Source: a virus (taxonomy: Duplodnaviria; Caudoviricetes). Taken from it: a DNA stretch of 64,000 nucleotides. The stretch spans positions 1,738 through 65,737 of the IMG/VR virus record IMGVR_UViG_3300032087_004307; one strand, given 5' to 3'. The notes beneath the pieces were generated by a model. It made no database searches. It worked only from the letters and a program-made list of their open reading frames with translations, and was not told the DNA's origin. The translations under genes were made by a program, and so were the position numbers. Positions 59,214 through 64,000 of this stretch are shown in pieces. Each line of letters begins with the position of its first letter. The first letter of the stretch is position 1.

Positions 59214-60689
59214 ATGGCGATTTTTGGAAATTTTAAGGGTACCACGCAGTCTGAATTTCAGATTGGAAAAACCTCTGAAGGTTCAAAAATATCATCTGGC
59301 ACATTACCCGATAGCGGTATCTCTAACGGTGATATCTATATAGATAGTTCTAATTCAACATTGCAGGTATATAATAATGCCTGGGTAAGTGTAGGAAGTA
59401 CTTTAGCAGACTTGAACGTTGACTCTGGTACATTATTTGTAGACAGCAGTAACGATACAGTCTCCGTCGGCTCAACTAGTTCAAATGACAAACTATTTGT
59501 AAACGGTAGTTTAAGATTAGGAACAAACCCAACATTAAAATTTAGTGGTGCATATTTAGATGTAACCCACAGTAATGGAACTGCTACCCAGTTAAGAGTA
59601 AGAGATAACGGTTCCGGTTCAGACCCAATATTTAAAGTTTATAATGCAAGTAATAATGCAGAAGTATTTAAAGTACAGGGCTCGACAACTACTGTAACAG
59701 GTGATATTAATGTATCCACATCAAATCAAAATGCTTTAGTTCTTGACTCAACAAATAACGATGGTCCTGTTACTGTATTTAAAAATAGCGGAACAGAAAC
59801 AGGGTACATTGGAAATTCAGAAGCATTAATAACAAATGGCGGAACAGCCAATTTTGGAATCAGAGCACAAGGACATCTAACACTATCTGCTAATGGTAAT
59901 AATGAAACATTTAAAATTAGTAGTACAGAAACAATAGTAACAGGTAATGTTGTACCAAGTGCAAACGTAACATACGATTTAGGTACTGATACAGCAAGAT
60001 GGAAAGATTTATACCTAAGTGGCAATACCATAAAATTAGGCACAACAGCAATTAGTGTTACATCAGATAATGAAATAGATTTCTCTGATACTGCTAATAG
60101 TAGTGTAAAAAGGAAACTAGTTGTTGATGAAATTGAACTAGGAAGTGGTAGTGATAAAATTGTTTTAAGAAAAGGTTCAGACGGTAAATTTGAATCCAAA
60201 GCAAAAAACAGAAGTACAAAAGCAGAAAGTTCTGTAAAGGTTGATTTAGATGACAATGATACAGACGACTTATCAGAAGGTTCAACAAATGTATATTTTA
60301 CAACAGCAAGAGCAAATAGTGCCATAGATGCTAAACTTACTGGAGACATTACATTAGGTAATGTTACCTCACAATCCACAAACACTGGTGTAGTTGAGGG
60401 TGTTGTTTTCCAACCAATAACAGATTATGGTAGTATTACAAATTCAGCAAATATAACTATAGACTATGGTGCAGTAAACGAAGCAGGAATAGTTCCAGCA
60501 ATTGGTGACTTTGAATATCTAAATGATATTTTTGGACCAACAGGCGACAGTTTTACAGTATCATCACTTCCAAGTGCGGCACAACCAGGACAAATGATAT
60601 ATGTTTCAGATGAAACTGGCGGTTCAGTTATGGCATTTAGTGATGGCAGTAACTGGAGAAGGATAACAGATAGAGCAGTAGTAAGTTAA
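59214..60689 (+). CDS. Virion fibre/decoration protein
   Basis: VPSANVTYDLGTDTARWKDLYLSG, TDDLSEGSTNVYFTTARA, C-terminal LPSA..G.MIYVSD...FSDGSNW modules. Confidence 0.7.
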   Translation: MAIFGNFKGTTQSEFQIGKTSEGSKISSGTLPDSGISNGDIYIDSSNSTLQVYNNAWVSVGSTLADLNVDSGTLFVDSSNDTVSVGSTSSNDKLFVNGSLRLGTNPTLKFSGAYLDVTHSNGTATQLRVRDNGSGSDPIFKVYNASNNAEVFKVQGSTTTVTGDINVSTSNQNALVLDSTNNDGPVTVFKNSGTETGYIGNSEALITNGGTANFGIRAQGHLTLSANGNNETFKISSTETIVTGNVVPSANVTYDLGTDTARWKDLYLSGNTIKLGTTAISVTSDNEIDFSDTANSSVKRKLVVDEIELGSGSDKIVLRKGSDGKFESKAKNRSTKAESSVKVDLDDNDTDDLSEGSTNVYFTTARANSAIDAKLTGDITLGNVTSQSTNTGVVEGVVFQPITDYGSITNSANITIDYGAVNEAGIVPAIGDFEYLNDIFGPTGDSFTVSSLPSAAQPGQMIYVSDETGGSVMAFSDGSNWRRITDRAVVS

Positions 60690-60707
60690 TTTTAAACAGG
60701 AACACAC

Positions 60708-62144
60708 ATGCCAAGAGCAAAAAAGTCTGCTACGAAGACAGAAAAGAAAGTAGTAGCAAAGAAAGAAGCAGTTAAAGAAACATCTTCGGAAATAGATGTA
60801 AAAAAATTAAAGGCGGCACTTAAAAAAGAATTAAAGAAAGAGTTGCAAAGCCAAATAGATGAAAGTTTTTTAATGTGGGGAGCAGAGACTGAAGATCCAG
60901 AACCCACAGCAGATGCATTTGTAGATATGGATTTGCTAAGAGCTGAGATATCAGCAGAGTTTAAGAAAGAATTTGATAAAAAAATTGCACAAATTAAAAG
61001 TGTTAGTGCAGGAGAAACACAGGCATTAAATTTGTCTAATAATTTAGTTGATATTTCTGCTACAACAGATGGAATAACTGTTAGTAAGTCAGGAGAAGAT
61101 AATGTTGTGTTTACTGTTACAAAAAACGGTGCTTTAGCATTTGGTAACAGATCGCCAAGAACAACTGGCTATGGTACAGCACATTTTAGAATGAAAGGTG
61201 CAGGTAAATCTCCCATACCTACAAATGGTGTAGGTAGTACAAGAGGACTAATAGTAGAGGGAGATGGTGACGATACAAATACATTTATTTTCAGAGCATT
61301 AAGTACTGGAAATAGACAAGGGTTTAATGTAGGTAGTACAGGAAAAGTTTTGTTAGGTACAAATGAAGATCCTGATAATAGTTTATTTACTGCTTACAAT
61401 AATGATTTTGATGTAGACGGATTTAATATAATTACTGCGAGTAAGTATAATGCAGGAAATGTTATTAATTTACAACATGCATCAGATGTAAGTGACGCAT
61501 ATAATTTTATTGATGCTAAAAATAATTGCAATGAAGATATTCAAGCAAGTATGTTTAGAGTAAATGGAAAGGGCGAAACTTTCACACACAAAGGATTTTT
61601 TAGTAATAGTTCAGGTTATGCAGAATTATTTGAATGGGCAGATGGTAATCCACAGAACGAAGATAGAACAGGATTTACGGTTGCCATAAATGCAGATGGC
61701 CGACTTATAGATGCTAATGATGATAATGAAAGTATAATTGGAGTAGTAGTTGAAAGTGCGGCAGTTATAGGTAACACAGGTTGGAATATTTGGCAAGATA
61801 AATTTAATGTAGACAAAACGGACTACCTTAAATATAAAGTTGTAGAATGGAAAGACGATTCAGGAGTATTACATAGTGAATATGTATCAAGTTTAAGTCC
61901 TAGTTTTGCCTTACCAGAAGATGCCATAATTTATGAGACTGATGAAGACGGTAAAGATTTAAAAAGACCGTTGTTATCTAAAACTTACGATGCAGATAAG
62001 GATTACACACCAAGAATTAAAAGAGGATGGACACTGGTAGCATTAAAAGGTACAGTGAACATGTATAGAGGACAAAACATAAGAAGTTCCTGGATAAAGA
62101 TAAGGGACTTAAATGACGAATTAGAACAGCGAATATTGTTATAA
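60708..62144 (+). CDS. Protein with Lys/Glu-rich N-terminus and C-terminal peptidase G2 (autocleaving chaperone) domain
   Basis: GYAELFEWADGNPQNEDRTG, IIGVV, YTPRxxRxWxxVALxG. Confidence 0.72.
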   Translation: MPRAKKSATKTEKKVVAKKEAVKETSSEIDVKKLKAALKKELKKELQSQIDESFLMWGAETEDPEPTADAFVDMDLLRAEISAEFKKEFDKKIAQIKSVSAGETQALNLSNNLVDISATTDGITVSKSGEDNVVFTVTKNGALAFGNRSPRTTGYGTAHFRMKGAGKSPIPTNGVGSTRGLIVEGDGDDTNTFIFRALSTGNRQGFNVGSTGKVLLGTNEDPDNSLFTAYNNDFDVDGFNIITASKYNAGNVINLQHASDVSDAYNFIDAKNNCNEDIQASMFRVNGKGETFTHKGFFSNSSGYAELFEWADGNPQNEDRTGFTVAINADGRLIDANDDNESIIGVVVESAAVIGNTGWNIWQDKFNVDKTDYLKYKVVEWKDDSGVLHSEYVSSLSPSFALPEDAIIYETDEDGKDLKRPLLSKTYDADKDYTPRIKRGWTLVALKGTVNMYRGQNIRSSWIKIRDLNDELEQRILL

Positions 62145-62145
62145 T

Positions 62146-62153
62146 GATAAATA
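62146..62153 (+). promoter_or_regulatory. Late promoter GATAAATA
   Basis: Intergenic, upstream of ATG 62199. Confidence 0.7.
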
Positions 62154-62198
62154 CATTATATAAAATTTTGCTAATAAGTAAATATTAGGGGTTAAAAA

Positions 62199-64000
62199 AT
62201 GGCAACAGCAATTCAAAGACGTCGAGGTACAGCCTCCCAGCATAGTTCTTTTACTGGACTAGCAGGTGAGATAACGATCGACACAACAAACAATACAGTC
62301 GTTGTTCACGATGGTTCAACACAAGGTGGACATAGACTGGCAAAATATTCAGAGATTACAGCATTAGGTGAAGGTGATATCACAGGTATTGTTGCAGGAG
62401 CAGGTTTAACCGGCGATGCAACTTCAGGTGATGCAACATTAGTAGTTGGAGCAGGTAATGGTATAACTGTTAATGCAGATGATGTAGCAGTTAATACAGC
62501 ATACTTTGACACAGGTTCAGGTTGGGACGCAAATATTATTCCAGCATCAAACAACACTTACAGTTTAGGTAGTGTTACTAAAGTTTGGAAAGATGTATAT
62601 GTAGGACCAGGATCACTTTATGTTAATGGACAACAAGTATTATCAGACAATTCAGGTACAATTCAGGTTAGTGCTGATGCAAACCAAAATATTAGTATCC
62701 TAACTTCAGGATCAGGTGATATTGAATTAACATCAGGTGGAGACATTCAACTTAAATCAAACATAGTTTTAAGTGCTGGTAAATCAATTACTACAGCAGG
62801 TGGCGGTGCTACTGAGCAAGGTGGTAATATTGATATGAACAGTAACTACATTAATAATGTAGGAACTCCTCAACAAAATAACGATGCGGCTAACAAAGCC
62901 TATGTTGATGCACAAGTTGATACAGCAGATGCATTAAGTGAACTAAGTGGTGATACAGATGACATTACTGAAGGTACAAGCAACTTGTTCTTTACAGATG
63001 CTAGAGCACAGGCGGCACTTACAGTAAGTGATGCAGGTGGAGACGGAAGTTTAGCATATAGTGGTGGAACACTTACTTACACAGGCCCAAGTGCAAGTGA
63101 AGTAAGAGCTCACTTTACAGGCGGAACAGGTATTACTATATCAAGTGGAACAATAACAACCACAGACGGTGACATTGTTCATGATAGCCTAAGTGGATTT
63201 GTATCAAACGAACATATTGACCATAGTGGTGTTTCATTAACAGCAGGAACAGGTTTAACTGGTGGCGGTGATATTACTGCTAGTAGAACATTTAATGTTG
63301 TAGGTGGTGATGGTATCACAGCAAATGCTGATGATATAGCCGTTGATGCTACAGTTGTTAGAACATCAGGAACACAATCAGTTGGTGGTGCTAAAACATT
63401 TACAGATGATGTTATTTTAAGTGGTAACCTTACTGTAAACGGAACAACAACTCAGGTTAATACAGAAACATTGACAGTAGATGACAACATTATTATACTT
63501 AATAACAACGAAGCAGGTACCCCTTCTGAAGACGCTGGTATTGAAGTAGAACGTGGAACATCAACTAATGTTAAACTACAATGGGACGAAAGTGCAGATG
63601 TATGGCAGTTCACAAACAATGGATCAGATTACTTCTCGATTCCAACAACATCAAATATTAGAACAGCAGTAAGTGTTACTGATGCTGGTGGAGATGGAAG
63701 TTTAGCATATAATAATAGTACTGGTGTAATTACTTACACAGGACCAAGCACAGCCGAAGTTGCCGCTCATTTAAGTGTCACAGATTCAGGTGGAGATGGT
63801 TCATTAACATATGATAATTCAACTGGTGTATTTACATACACAGGACCTAGCAGTACAGAAGTAAGAGCTCACATCAGTGTTACTGATAACGGTGGTGACG
63901 GTTCTTTAAGTTATGATAACAGCACAGGTGTTATAGATTATACAGGCCCAAGTGCAAGTGAAACAAGAGCTCACATCAGTGTTACTGATAACGGTGGTGA
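62199..64000 (+). CDS. Fibre protein with Mtd_N-like N-terminal anchor; runs off the window end (absent from the ORF track)
   Basis: MATAIQRRRGTASQHSSFTGLAGEITIDTTNNTVVVHDGSTQGG; DAANKAYVD; appears open to nt 64000. Confidence 0.82.
   Translation, partial: MATAIQRRRGTASQHSSFTGLAGEITIDTTNNTVVVHDGSTQGGHRLAKYSEITALGEGDITGIVAGAGLTGDATSGDATLVVGAGNGITVNADDVAVNTAYFDTGSGWDANIIPASNNTYSLGSVTKVWKDVYVGPGSLYVNGQQVLSDNSGTIQVSADANQNISILTSGSGDIELTSGGDIQLKSNIVLSAGKSITTAGGGATEQGGNIDMNSNYINNVGTPQQNNDAANKAYVDAQVDTADALSELSGDTDDITEGTSNLFFTDARAQAALTVSDAGGDGSLAYSGGTLTYTGPSASEVRAHFTGGTGITISSGTITTTDGDIVHDSLSGFVSNEHIDHSGVSLTAGTGLTGGGDITASRTFNVVGGDGITANADDIAVDATVVRTSGTQSVGGAKTFTDDVILSGNLTVNGTTTQVNTETLTVDDNIIILNNNEAGTPSEDAGIEVERGTSTNVKLQWDESADVWQFTNNGSDYFSIPTTSNIRTAVSVTDAGGDGSLAYNNSTGVITYTGPSTAEVAAHLSVTDSGGDGSLTYDNSTGVFTYTGPSSTEVRAHISVTDNGGDGSLSYDNSTGVIDYTGPSASETRAHISVTDNGG
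63672..64000 (+). repeat. 102-bp (34-aa) coding tandem repeat SVTDxGGDGSLxYxNSTGVxxYTGPSxxExxAHx
   Basis: Units start at 63672, 63774, 63876 and 63978. Confidence 0.88.

Noticed and set aside
46399-60385. Long antisense ORFs (46399-47124, 50751-51164, 52564-53196, 59726-60385; also 31878-32459 and many inside the giant gene)
   Set aside because: Shadow frames of strongly codon-biased real genes; no RBS or recognisable motifs
62199-64000. Diversity-generating retroelement suggested by the Mtd_N-like domain
   Set aside because: No reverse transcriptase and no TR/VR pair differing only at adenines seen; Mtd_N-like anchors are common without DGRs
50581-64000. CRISPR-like arrays (repeats at 50.6, 56.7 and 63.7 kb)
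   Set aside because: All are in-frame coding repeats with periods divisible by three and no unique spacers

Overview
64 kb of an AT-rich, large T4-related (jumbo-type) myophage genome in the standard genetic code, densely coding and mostly the virion-morphogenesis region. Left arm (minus strand): baseplate genes (gp48/54-, gp53-, hub-, gp5-, gp25-, gp6-like, a 5,900-aa wedge/fibre protein), an S74-chaperoned tail fibre, a Hint-domain protein, then small tailoring enzymes (NTase-like, sulfotransferase, cupin, two 2OG-Fe(II) oxygenases). Centre: late sigma gp55, gp47/gp46, a GIY-YIG nuclease, gp26-like chaperone and tape measure. Right: portal, scaffolds, prohead protease, major capsid protein, modular fibre proteins and a diiron oxygenase. 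Signals not in the ORF track: (1) a ~465-nt GC-rich, highly base-paired non-coding element starting at the GIY-YIG stop codon and closed by a long-range helix (candidate nuclease-associated large ncRNA or origin element); (2) a probable -1 frameshift fusing gp26-like to a gp51-like extension that is coupled to that nuclease; (3) a GATAAATA late promoter with three genes starting exactly 5 nt downstream (leaderless mRNAs); (4) a two-state RNA leader at 59.1 kb. All calls come from reading motifs by eye; no searches or folding software were run.
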